A stretch of DNA of 64,000 nt from an uncultured Candidatus Saccharibacteria bacterium (GTDB taxonomy: Bacteria; Patescibacteriota; Minisyncoccia; Phycocordibacterales; UBA9973). The position numbers and the translations under genes were made by a program. The stretch covers positions 19,109-83,108 of the forward strand of contig CAYRQJ010000004.1 in assembly GCA_964426555.1 (NCBI GenBank). The letters run 5' to 3'. Of this stretch, positions 27,942 to 38,300 are shown piece by piece. The notes beneath the pieces were generated by a model. It was not told the origin of the DNA, made no database searches, and saw only the letters and a list, made by a program, of their open reading frames with translations. Position 1 is the first letter of the stretch. Each line of letters opens with the position of its first letter.

Positions 27942-28637
27942 TTAATCTAACCATTTTTTCTTTTCTAATGCGGCACGGGCGGCGGCTTGCTCGGCTTCTT
28001 GTTTACTGTGGCCTTTACCTTCGGCAATACGGTCTGCGCCAAAAAACACTCCAACAGTAAAATGCTTGTCATGGTCTGGACCAGCTTCGTGCAGGACTTT
28101 GTAAGACGGAGTCACAGAATGATGTTCTTGAGATTTTTCTTGAATTAAAGATTTTGCATCACGCCACAACTTTTTCTTTACTATTTCGTCCAGTCTTGGC
28201 AGTAATGTAGTATGGATAAATTTTTCAGCATTTGCGTAACCATTGTCTTCAAAAATTGCACCTACTACTGCTTCATAAGTATTGGCTAATATATATGTAC
28301 GGGCTTTACCAATGTCTCTTGTTTCTCCTTTGGATAACAACAAATATTCACCAATATTCATAGCAATAGCAACTTCGCCAATAATGTTGGCATTTACCAA
28401 TGCGCTACGATATGCGGTTAGCTCCCCTTCGGCACAATTGGGATATGTTTTATATAAAAAATCTGTAACAACTAATTCTAAAACTGCATCACCTAGAAAT
28501 TCTAATCTTTCATTGTGAGGTAAACCCAGTTTTGCATTTTCGTTTAAATATGAACGATGAATAAACGCAGATGTAAGTATATCTTTGTTTTTAAATTTTA
28601 TGCCAATTTCTTTTTGGAATTTTTCAAAATCTGCCAT
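27942..28637 (-). CDS. rnc: Ribonuclease III
   Basis: HNERLEFLGDAVL plus C-terminal dsRBD. Confidence 0.98.
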   Translation of the reverse strand: MADFEKFQKEIGIKFKNKDILTSAFIHRSYLNENAKLGLPHNERLEFLGDAVLELVVTDFLYKTYPNCAEGELTAYRSALVNANIIGEVAIAMNIGEYLLLSKGETRDIGKARTYILANTYEAVVGAIFEDNGYANAEKFIHTTLLPRLDEIVKKKLWRDAKSLIQEKSQEHHSVTPSYKVLHEAGPDHDKHFTVGVFFGADRIAEGKGHSKQEAEQAAARAALEKKKWLD

Positions 28638-28638
28638 G

Positions 28639-29568
28639 TTATTTTTTTGTATTTTTTACTAAAATTTCTGTAGCTTTTCCAAGTAGTGGAATAATATTTT
28701 CGTATAGTGCTAAATTTGGAATACTGGATAATGGAAACCATTTTACATCATCAAGTCCACCTTCTTTTTGTAATTTAAGATCTTTAAATTCTGCACGTGC
28801 TAAGAAATAAACAGCTTGTTTACGAATTTTACCTTTTACTGGATGTGATGCAATGTATTCATTGCGACCAAGTTCGTCTTCTACAACTACTTCAATATTT
28901 AATTCTTCTTTAATTTCTCTTGCAGCCCCAACACGTTCGTCTTTAATGTCATCTATTCCGCCTTTACTTAAAGTCCAAAACCCAAAGATATCGTGCACTA
29001 ATGCAAAATAAATAGTGTCTTTTTCTATTGCATAAATTACAGCTCCGGCTTTTTTCTCTATGGGTAGCGTATCCGGGTCTACAACAACAGGTTCAGTTTT
29101 GGTATTTATTTTTCTTTTGCCATTTTTACCATTTTCATCTTTTCCGGGTTGACCCATTTCTTTATAAACTGCACCCAATACTCCATTTACGAATTTAGGT
29201 GACATATCAGCCCCAAACGCTTTTGCTAGTTCTATAGCTTCGTTAATGGCAACTTTTGGTGGAACATGCTCGTTGTCACCAAATATTAATTCGGCAAGTC
29301 CAATGCGTAAAATATTTCGGTCAATGATACCTATTTTTTCTATAGGCCATTCCGGAGCAGCTTTAACAATAACATCATCTAAAATAGATTTTTTACTAAT
29401 TATAAGTTTTGTAAGTTCACGAGCAAAAGCCGCATCAGGATGTCCTGGTGCAAATTCTGTAATATTTCTGTTTACAATAGCTGGAACTTCTTCCACAAGA
29501 AGATTCCTGAAATCCCATTCAAATAGGGACTGTAGTACGATAGAGCGAGATAAATGCCTGTTTGCCAT
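28639..29568 (-). CDS. nusB: NusB fused to a C-terminal NUDIX domain
   Basis: DRNILRIGLAEL, VAINEAIELAK, FVNGVLG; then WTLSKGG...AAREIKEEL Nudix box. Confidence 0.9.
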   Translation of the reverse strand: MANRHLSRSIVLQSLFEWDFRNLLVEEVPAIVNRNITEFAPGHPDAAFARELTKLIISKKSILDDVIVKAAPEWPIEKIGIIDRNILRIGLAELIFGDNEHVPPKVAINEAIELAKAFGADMSPKFVNGVLGAVYKEMGQPGKDENGKNGKRKINTKTEPVVVDPDTLPIEKKAGAVIYAIEKDTIYFALVHDIFGFWTLSKGGIDDIKDERVGAAREIKEELNIEVVVEDELGRNEYIASHPVKGKIRKQAVYFLARAEFKDLKLQKEGGLDDVKWFPLSSIPNLALYENIIPLLGKATEILVKNTKK

Positions 29569-29610
29569 AAATTTATACGGTGTTTAAAAAGAACAAAACG
29601 CGCAAAAAAA

Positions 29611-29823
29611 TTACTTTGCGCGTTTTTTCGCTATCTTCTTTTCCACTTTCTTAAGAACATCAATAACTTTTTTACCTTTGTACATTCCTGTCTTCATGTC
29701 TACACGATGACGCAAATGTACAGAGCCTGTATCTTTATCAGTAACAGTCTTGATTTCGCTAAGAGCGTGGTGTGATCGACGGTTGCCTGTGTGGCCCCGT
29801 GTGTGTCTCATTCGAATTACCAT
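29611..29823 (-). CDS. rpmF: 50S ribosomal protein L32 (Cys-free type)
   Basis: [21 protein letters not shown]...RHRV...GMYKGKKV; start 29823 lies 6 nt after TTGCAA-17-TATAAA. Confidence 0.92.
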   Translation of the reverse strand: MVIRMRHTRGHTGNRRSHHALSEIKTVTDKDTGSVHLRHRVDMKTGMYKGKKVIDVLKKVEKKIAKKRAK

Positions 29824-29918
29824 AGGGTATTTATACCAAAAAAAAGCTTTTTTTGCAACCCTTGCAGAAAGTTTAGTAAAATAGAAATAATATCTAATAT
29901 GTGATACATTATATAAAT

Positions 29919-31673
29919 ATGGATGAGAAAAAATTGGAACATAACCGCCACACTTTAGCCCACCTTTTAGCACAATCAGTGTCAACGCTATACCCACAGT
30001 CTCAGCTGACTCTTGGCCCAGCAATTGATAATGGTTTTTACTATGATATTGATTTTGGTACTGAAAAAATCTCTGATACTGACCTGCAAAAAATTGAAGA
30101 TTTAATGAAAAAGAATCTTATTAATTGGACTGAATTTACACACAAAGTTGTATCAAAAGATGAAGCCTTGGCGATATTTTCAGGCAATGTTTATAAAACA
30201 GAACTAATAAATGAAATTACAGAACGAGCAGAAGAAATTACATTGTACACATGTGGTGGTTTTACTGATCTTTGTCGTGGTGGTCATGCAGAAAATCCTT
30301 CAATTGAAATTCCAAGTGATTCTTTCAAGCTAGACCGTGTAGCTGGAGCATACTGGCGCGGTGATGAAAAAAATAAAATGCTAACAAGAATTTACGGTTT
30401 AGCATTTGAGAATAAAGAAAAATTGGATGAATATATCATCCAACAAGAAGAAGCTAAAAAAAGAGACCATAGGAAGCTAGGTAAAGAGCTTGAACTATTT
30501 ACTATTATTGAAGAAATAGGAGCGGGTTTACCATTGTTTTATCCAAAAGGAGCAATACTACGTAGAACAATTGAAAATTTTATTACAGATGTTCAAGAAA
30601 AACGTGGGTTTGTACCAATATGGATACCTCATATTACAAAAGGTAAATTATATGAAATATCTGGGCATTTAGATAAATACGATGCAATGTATACACCAAT
30701 GACAATTGATGGTGGTGATAATTACTATTTAAAGCCGATGAATTGTCCGCATTTTATGATGCTTTATAAAACACTGCCTCATTCATACAGAGATTTACCT
30801 GTACGTTATGTTTCTACAACAACAAATTATCGTTACGAAAAATCTGGAGAACTATCTGGATTAACTAGAGTTAGATCTTTAACACAAGATGACTGTCATG
30901 TATTTTGTGAACCAACTCAAATCCACAACGAGATTAAAGTAATGCTAGAAATGATAAACGAAGTCTATGATGCATTTGGATTTAAAGATTTTTATGTTCG
31001 TATATCACTAAGAGATTCTCAGAATAAATCAAAATATCTTGGTAGCGATGAAGTTTGGAACACAGCAGAAAATGCATTACGCGAAATTGTAAAACAAACT
31101 GGTTGGAATTATAAAGAAGCTGAAGATGAAGCTGCTTTTTATGGACCAAAATTAGATTTTATGTTTAAAGATGCTATTGGCCGTGAATGGCAATTATCTA
31201 CAATTCAACTGGACTTTAATTTACCAGAAAGATTTGATTTAGATTATGTAAATAGTGAAGGTAATAAAGTTCGCCCTGTTGTAATTCACCGTGCAATGCT
31301 GGGGTCAACAGAGAGATTCATGGGTATAATGATAGAACATTTTGCAGGAGCATTTCCAACATGGCTATCCCCTGTACAAGTTAGTATTGTTCCAGTACGG
31401 GCAGAAATTCACGGCGAATACGCAAATACTATTTTAAACAGTCTAAAAGAAAAAGGAATCCGTGCAGAATTAAGCAGTAGTGATGACTCTCTGGGTAAGC
31501 GGATAAATAGTGCCAAAGCTCAAAAAGTTCCGTATGTTATTGTAATTGGTGATAAAGAAATAGAAAAGAATTTATTAACCGTAGAAACAAGAGGTGAAAA
31601 AATAGTAGACATAACAGTAGTTGATTTTGTTACAAAACTGGAAGACGAAATTAAAAATAAAATATTAAATTAA
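29919..31673 (+). CDS. thrS: Threonyl-tRNA synthetase (lacks N-terminal TGS domain)
   Basis: [39 protein letters not shown]; start reassigned to MDEKK. Confidence 0.97.
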   Translation: MDEKKLEHNRHTLAHLLAQSVSTLYPQSQLTLGPAIDNGFYYDIDFGTEKISDTDLQKIEDLMKKNLINWTEFTHKVVSKDEALAIFSGNVYKTELINEITERAEEITLYTCGGFTDLCRGGHAENPSIEIPSDSFKLDRVAGAYWRGDEKNKMLTRIYGLAFENKEKLDEYIIQQEEAKKRDHRKLGKELELFTIIEEIGAGLPLFYPKGAILRRTIENFITDVQEKRGFVPIWIPHITKGKLYEISGHLDKYDAMYTPMTIDGGDNYYLKPMNCPHFMMLYKTLPHSYRDLPVRYVSTTTNYRYEKSGELSGLTRVRSLTQDDCHVFCEPTQIHNEIKVMLEMINEVYDAFGFKDFYVRISLRDSQNKSKYLGSDEVWNTAENALREIVKQTGWNYKEAEDEAAFYGPKLDFMFKDAIGREWQLSTIQLDFNLPERFDLDYVNSEGNKVRPVVIHRAMLGSTERFMGIMIEHFAGAFPTWLSPVQVSIVPVRAEIHGEYANTILNSLKEKGIRAELSSSDDSLGKRINSAKAQKVPYVIVIGDKEIEKNLLTVETRGEKIVDITVVDFVTKLEDEIKNKILN

Positions 31674-31704
31674 ATAAAAAACCGCACATTGTGCGGTTTT
31701 TTAT
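31674..31704. terminator. Bidirectional terminator
   Basis: ataaaaaaccgcaca-t-tgtgcggttttttat. Confidence 0.85.
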
Positions 31705-33116
31705 TATAACTTCATAACCATCATTGTGTTTGTTGACCCGGGTGTACCAAATGGAACACCAGCAGTTAGTATAATACTGTCCCCTTTTTTAACCATTTTA
31801 TTTTTTAATAAAATTTGAGAAATTCCAGAACTGGCGCTAGTTATACCTTTGTATGTTTCAGTAACTATAGGCATTACTCCATAAGAAAGCATAGTTTGAC
31901 GAGCTACTTCTACGTGTGTAGTAGCTGCAACAATAATTTGTACAGGTCTGTGTCTTGAAATAATTTTTGAAGTAAAACCAGATTCAGTCAACGCAATTAT
32001 TAATTTAGCTTTTACATCTTCAGCCACATGAACAAGAGCAGAAGAAAGACTGTCTACTAAATCACCTTGTTTAACTTGAATTCTTTTATGCGTTTTTATT
32101 TCTTCTTCTACACGCAAGGCAGTTTTAGACATTATTTGTACAGCTAGAGTTGGGTATTCGCCAACTGCAGTTTCTTCGCTAAGCATTAATGCATCAGTAC
32201 CATCATAAATTGCATTTGCAATATCTGAGACTTCAGCACGAGTAGGTACAGGTGTACGAACCATGCTTTCTAGCATTTGAGTAGCGGTAATTACTGGTTT
32301 ACCAACTGTGTTACATTTATTAATAATTTTCTTTTGAATATATGGAACATTCTCAGCCCCAACTTCAATAGCTAAATCACCCCGGGCAACCATAATAGCG
32401 TCAGAATTTTCAATAATATTATCAATATTTAAAACAGCTTCTGGGGTTTCAATTTTAGCAATAATTTTTGCTTTTGATTTATGTTTAATTAAATATTTTC
32501 TTAAATCATTTATGTCTTTACTGTTACGAATAAATGATAGTGCAAAATAATCTACTCCATTTTTTATACCAAATAAAACATCTTTTAAATCTTTAGCTGT
32601 TAGTGCACTAATAGACAAATTTGCATTTGGCATATTTACACCACGTCTAGATTTTATTTCTCCACCAACAACTATTTTGGTTTCGATTTCTTTTGAATTT
32701 AATATTTTTGTAACCACTAAACTTTTTTTACCATCATCAAGCATAATAACATTACCCACAGATAAATCTTTTGCAATTTGTGGGTAATTTATATAAACTA
32801 TTTTTTCGTTACCCAAAATTTTATTTGTAGTTAGTATAAATTTTTGACCTTTTACTAATGTTATTTTGTCATTTATAAATTCCCCTATTCTTATTTTAGG
32901 TCCACAAAGATCCATAATTACACCAAGATATACTTTGTTATTATGTTCAAATTCGTTTCGTAATTTAATTGTTTTTTCGTGAGTTGTGTAGTCACCATGG
33001 CTCATGTTTAGTCTTAAAAACGCAACACCATTTTGGTGAAATTTATTAAATAAATCTATCGATTGAGAAGCTGGACCGATGGTTGTAATAATTTTTGTTT
33101 TTTGAAAAGTTTTCAT
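31704..33116 (-). CDS. pyk: Pyruvate kinase
   Basis: TKIITTIGPAS, RLNMSHG, IAKIE, MVARGDL, ATQMLESM; TAATG overlap with gyrB. Confidence 0.98.
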   Translation of the reverse strand: MKTFQKTKIITTIGPASQSIDLFNKFHQNGVAFLRLNMSHGDYTTHEKTIKLRNEFEHNNKVYLGVIMDLCGPKIRIGEFINDKITLVKGQKFILTTNKILGNEKIVYINYPQIAKDLSVGNVIMLDDGKKSLVVTKILNSKEIETKIVVGGEIKSRRGVNMPNANLSISALTAKDLKDVLFGIKNGVDYFALSFIRNSKDINDLRKYLIKHKSKAKIIAKIETPEAVLNIDNIIENSDAIMVARGDLAIEVGAENVPYIQKKIINKCNTVGKPVITATQMLESMVRTPVPTRAEVSDIANAIYDGTDALMLSEETAVGEYPTLAVQIMSKTALRVEEEIKTHKRIQVKQGDLVDSLSSALVHVAEDVKAKLIIALTESGFTSKIISRHRPVQIIVAATTHVEVARQTMLSYGVMPIVTETYKGITSASSGISQILLKNKMVKKGDSIILTAGVPFGTPGSTNTMMVMKL

Positions 33117-35194
33117 TAGATATCTAGATTTGCGTATTTGGCATTGGTTTGAATAAAAGATTTTCTTGGGGCAACTTCGCTACCCATTAACATATCAAAT
33201 ATATTGTCAGCTGCTTCAGCATCGTCTACTTGGACTTGCTTAAGAATTCTGCGAGCAGGGTCCATTGTTGTTTCCCATAGTTCTTCAGAATTCATTTCTC
33301 CGAGACCTTTATAACGTTGAATATGGAATTTTGTAGCGGCTTTTTTCTTTGTTTCTTCAGACTCTTCGCCTTCTAATTCTACTACTTCGTCACTATCTTC
33401 AGATTCTATAACTACAGCATCTGGAACTTTGCCAACAACAGCGTCTCGTTCTTCGTCTGAATATGCATACCAAACTTCTTTACCTTTTTTAATTTTGAAA
33501 AGTGGTGGTTGAGCAATGTAAATAAATCCCCCGTCAATTAGCGGACGGAAATATCTATAGAACAATGTCAGAATTAGTGTACGAATGTGTGCACCATCCA
33601 CGTCGGCATCGGTTGCTATGATTATTTTATGGTAGCGTAATTTTGAAATATCAAAAGTATCACCAATAGCACAACCCATTGCAACAACTAAATTTTTAAT
33701 TTGTTCACTGGCTAACATTTTATCCAGTCGTGCTCTTTCAATATTTAGAATCTTTCCACGCAGTGGCAAAATTGCTTGAGTACGACGGTCACGTCCCATT
33801 TTTGCAGTACCACCCGCAGAATCTCCCTCTACAATAAATATTTCAGATTCTTCAGCAGATTTTGTTTGACAGTCAGCAAGCTTACCTGGCAATGTCATGC
33901 CTTCTAATGCTCCTTTACGAAGCACAGAATCTTTTGCAGCTTTAGCGGCTTTACGTGCACGCATAGCCAGCAGTGATTTATTGATTATAGCTTTAGCTTC
34001 ATCAGGATTTTCTTCAAAGAAACTGTTTAATGCGTCACCAAATACAGTGTTAACTGCACCCTGAGCTTCAGTAGAACCCAATTTACCTTTGGTTTGGCCT
34101 TCAAATTGGATTTCTGGCATCTTGATAGACACCACCGCAACAAGACCTTCTAGTACGTCATCTCCTGTAAAACCACCGTCAGCTTCTTTTGCAAGACCAG
34201 CTTTTTTAGCATAGGAATTTATAATACGAGTTAAGGCAGTTTTGAAACCAGTAACATGAGTTCCGTATTCGGGGTTATTTATATTGTTAGCAAAAGCAAC
34301 AATTCTAGTAGACACATCATCAACATAACGAAATACTACTTCTACGGCTACATTATCAATTTCTCTTTCAATATGAAAAATAGAAGAATGAATTGGTTTT
34401 TGATATTCAGTATAATGCTCCACTAATGAACGCAATCCCCCTTCGAAATAATAAGTATGACTTGGTAATTCTAAATTTAAATCTTTAAACCAAAAGACAT
34501 CATCTATATTTGTTTTTTTGCCAGACAAAACATCAGCCCCCATTTCACGAGCGTCAATTGTAGTAATGCGTAAACCTTTTACAAGGTAAGCTTGCTGACG
34601 AAAATGATTTACAATAGTTGTTAAACTAAAATTTGTTGTTTCTTTAAAAATTTCTGCGTCAGGTTGAAAAGTAATAATTGTTCCGCGAAGTTTTGATTTT
34701 TCAACTTGTTTTACATTGGCTTTTTTAATACCTTTTGAATATTCTTGAACATATTTACCACCTTCACGATGTACTACTGCCTGAGTATATACAGACAATG
34801 CATTTACCACAGACGCACCCACACCGTGCAGACCTCCGGAAACTTTATATCCAGATTCATCTCCACCAAATTTACCACCAGCATGCAGTGTAGTCATTAC
34901 AGTTTCCAGTGCAGAAACTTTTGTTTTAGAATGAATTCCTACTGGAATACCACGACCATTGTCGGCAACACGAATACGGTTACCAGGTAGTAGTACTACT
35001 TCGATATTATTACATTCACCGGCCATGGCTTCGTCACGAGAGTTGTCAAAAATTTCCCATACAAGGTGGTGTAGACCTTCGGGGCCAGTAGAACCAATGT
35101 ACATTCCGGGACGGCGACGAACTGGTTCTAATCCTTCTAGAACTGAAATTTCATCAGCTCCATAGTTCTTTTTTGATGTGTTTTTTTCTGCCAT
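33116..35194 (-). CDS. gyrB: DNA gyrase subunit B
   Basis: RRRPGMYIG, SGGLHGVG, EGDSAGG, PLRGK, DADVDG, QRYKGLGEM. Confidence 0.97.
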   Translation of the reverse strand: MAEKNTSKKNYGADEISVLEGLEPVRRRPGMYIGSTGPEGLHHLVWEIFDNSRDEAMAGECNNIEVVLLPGNRIRVADNGRGIPVGIHSKTKVSALETVMTTLHAGGKFGGDESGYKVSGGLHGVGASVVNALSVYTQAVVHREGGKYVQEYSKGIKKANVKQVEKSKLRGTIITFQPDAEIFKETTNFSLTTIVNHFRQQAYLVKGLRITTIDAREMGADVLSGKKTNIDDVFWFKDLNLELPSHTYYFEGGLRSLVEHYTEYQKPIHSSIFHIEREIDNVAVEVVFRYVDDVSTRIVAFANNINNPEYGTHVTGFKTALTRIINSYAKKAGLAKEADGGFTGDDVLEGLVAVVSIKMPEIQFEGQTKGKLGSTEAQGAVNTVFGDALNSFFEENPDEAKAIINKSLLAMRARKAAKAAKDSVLRKGALEGMTLPGKLADCQTKSAEESEIFIVEGDSAGGTAKMGRDRRTQAILPLRGKILNIERARLDKMLASEQIKNLVVAMGCAIGDTFDISKLRYHKIIIATDADVDGAHIRTLILTLFYRYFRPLIDGGFIYIAQPPLFKIKKGKEVWYAYSDEERDAVVGKVPDAVVIESEDSDEVVELEGEESEETKKKAATKFHIQRYKGLGEMNSEELWETTMDPARRILKQVQVDDAEAADNIFDMLMGSEVAPRKSFIQTNAKYANLDI

Positions 35195-35311
35195 CCCGTT
35201 AGAAGCAGATCGCGATTAAAACGCGTTCTTGCTTTATTATATTTATAATTTTATCGGTATTTAAATTCATGTTTATATTATGTATTATCGTGATCGCGGC
35301 TTCTAACCGGA
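35194..35311. mobile_element. MITE-like start-codon element, copy 4 (subfamily A, 118 bp)
   Basis: TIRs tcccgttagaagc / gcttctaaccgga; cca repeated on both flanks; base 35194 is the A of the gyrB ATG; upstream ATG at 35315. Confidence 0.85.
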
Positions 35312-35325
35312 CCATGTATACATAA

Positions 35326-35334
35326 AGTATACCA
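35326..35334 (-). promoter_or_regulatory. Extended -10 promoter for gyrB, outside the element
   Basis: TGGTATACT 10 nt before the upstream ATG at 35315. Confidence 0.6.
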
Positions 35335-35347
35335 TATACAAAAACTA

Positions 35348-35377
35348 AATAAAACCCTATTTTGCAAGGGTTTTATT
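35348..35377 (-). terminator. Intrinsic terminator after the fibre gene
   Basis: aataaaaccct-attttgca-aggggttttatt-like hairpin. Confidence 0.6.
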
Positions 35378-35389
35378 GGTTAATTAGAC

Positions 35390-38300
35390 TTATATTACAG
35401 GCTCTGGGGCTGGTTCAGGATCTGGTGTTGGTGCTGGATCAGGGTCAGGTGTAGGAGCTGGATCGGGCGTTGGAGTTGAGTCTGGTGTTGGGTCTGGAGT
35501 AGGCGTTGGATCTGGTGTTGGAGATAGATCAGGTGTTGGATTTGATGCAGGAGATGGTGTTATTCCACTTTGATTTACCATTTGTAAGAATTGCTCTTCG
35601 TTAACACAGACACTGCCAACACACAATTCTTTTGTTTGAACTTTATCTGCATTTATTAATTTAGTAAAGATTACTTCTATATTATTCCCCACATCTGCCA
35701 AGAATATCTTTATCTTATTTGCTAAACTATTTTCTTTTGTTGTATCAAGTGAAGATAAATCTGTAACTTTTAAATTAAGTTCTTGAATAGCATTTAGTGC
35801 AATCATTTGTAATTCAAGATTATATGAAACTGCATAGTATCCATTTTTTTCTTTAACTAAATCAGGGAAAACTTGTGCCATTTCTTGAGCGATTAAACCA
35901 ACTTGTCTTCCTGATACATAACGTAGTGTTCCACCCAAGCTTTCTATGTCTTCATTCCATTCAAATGATACTGGGCGAAGTTGCATAACTTTTTCTAAAG
36001 ATCCAGTTAGTGAAGTAATATTATGTTTTAATCTTTCGTCAGATGTACATGTCCCAGCAACTTGAGCGCCGGCTTCTCGGAAACAGTCATCAGTATTAAT
36101 ATCGGCTACAACGTCTAGACCGTAGTCGGGAGTAGTATCTCCAATACCGACTTTACCATCACTAATAATTGTCATTCTATCAGTACCTGTTGTGGTTGTG
36201 GTATTAGCCGCAGTATAAAAAGTAATTGTGGTTACAGCGTTTGTAAGTGAACTACCACCACCAATACCAAAATTAGTTACGGCACTACTTGATGTGTAAT
36301 TAAACAATGCTACTGGCTCTTCGGCATTTGTATAATGAGGACCAACGATACGGGCATTTTTATCAGTAACGTTAGTTCTTGTATTTAAAGTATTGTCAGC
36401 ACCCAGCATCATAGTTATACCACCATTACTAATATCTAATGGATATGAAGGAGTTGCGGTAAGAATACCTAGACGATTATTTGTATCATCCCAGAAGAAG
36501 TTTGAATTGTCTTGAGAAATTAAACCGCCTGTCCCAGTAAAAGGAACTGAGCCTGATGTTAATGTAGAAAATGTAATATTCCCAGATGATGTTATGCCAG
36601 TAGCGGCTGCTATTGCACCACTGGAATTGACTTGAAATAAATCACCATCACCAACAGTAAACTTTGCTGCAGGAGACGCGTCCCCTATACCAATATTCCC
36701 AGTAGACAATGTTGTACCTGTACCATCTATTCCAGTACCAAATATTAAGTTACCAATAGTCATCGTATTTGTAGATGTAGCCGTTGGAGCATCAATGTCG
36801 TAGCCGATGACAATGTTATATGAACCAGTAGTAATATTATTACCAGCTTGGTAACCAAAAAGAGAGTTACCATCTGCACCAGTAGCAAATAATCTTGTGG
36901 TATTATGTCCAACCGCAGTATTTCCACTTACTGTTGTATCCGCAACTGTTGCAACCCATGCATGTCCACCTATAACCGTATTATATGAGCCGAGATAGTT
37001 AGCCGTAAGTGCGTAAGTACCCAATGCGATGTTATAAGTTCCAGTACTTGTATTATTCCCTGAAGAATAACCTAGGGATGCATTGTTAGTTCCAGTTGTA
37101 ACACCAGAAAGTGCATATTCCCCAACACCACTATTGTAGCTTCCGGTTGATAAATTAAACAACGATTGCTGACCAACAGCAGTATTGTCGCTTCCTGTAG
37201 TATTGTAATACATACTTGCTTTACCCAACGCAGTATTTGCTTTCCCTGTTGTATTTGCAGCCATAGTATCTGCACCAAATGCAACATTTGAATGACCTGT
37301 GGTTAATGCAGACATTGTATTTTTACCAACAGCACTATTATAGCTTCCTTCCCATACTAATGTAGCAGTTGAGCCTATGGTAAAGTTTCCGGAACTTTCT
37401 CCAACGAAAGTATTTCCCCCCGAAGTTGTCACTGCTCCATTATTCCCATAGTTAAAATCATGGATAAATCTATTTCCATCTTTATAAATAATTCCGTATT
37501 GTGCAGCAAAACTTGTTGCTGGCATTCGGAAGTTTTTTGTAATTTCAAGTTGTTCATTTGGTGTAGCTATACCTATACCAATGTTACCAGTAGACAACGT
37601 AGCATTGACCCCATCAATACCTGTTCCAAAAATAAGATTACCGATATTTAAAGTATTATCCTGAGTATAGTCTTGCGGTTCAATATCGTAGCCAATCATT
37701 ATGTTATGGTCTGCTGAAGACCAGCCAAGACCTGCGTTTTTACCAATAAATATATTGTTACTACCAGAGAAAGCCCCGCCTCCACCAGCAGATTGTCCTA
37801 AAATTGTATTGCCTGAACCAGAAGCATGAGAAGCAGCACTATCTCCAATACCTATATTGTCTGAACCGGTAGAATTACCAAGAGCGCCACTACCGATCGC
37901 AACACCGCTACCACCAGTGGCATCCTGAAGAGCTCCATATCCTATTGCAATAGCTCCGCTACCATCATAATTCTCTAATGCACCATGACCTATTGCGATA
38001 GAATAAGCTGCACCAGTTCCATTTTTTAACGCGTCAACACCTATTGCAACATTAGACTCACCATAATCATTGCTATATAAAGTACGATAACCAATAGCCA
38101 CATTATTATAACCCGAATCATTTACATTAAAAGCTTGATAACCAAAAATAGTATTTGTATTATCATTACTTGGTCCACGCCCAAGTCGTAAACCATTTAT
38201 TAATGCTTCTCCGTTTACATCTAATTTTGCTAATGGAGTCGCAGTACCAATACCAATACTTCCTGTTGAAACCGTTGTGCCTGTACCGTCGATTCCTGTA

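Noticed and set aside
29824-30024. ORF-track N-terminal extension of L32 (137 aa), and similar extensions of DsbA, the DUF5663-like gene, ThrS and the PG-binding protein
   Set aside because: Extensions cross promoter regions or opposite-strand genes; downstream ATGs fit homology and -10 spacing
35400-35560. CRISPR-like appearance of the short periodic repeats
   Set aside because: They are codon-level Pro-Thr-Pro-Asp repeats within a CDS; no constant repeat/unique spacer structure and no cas genes
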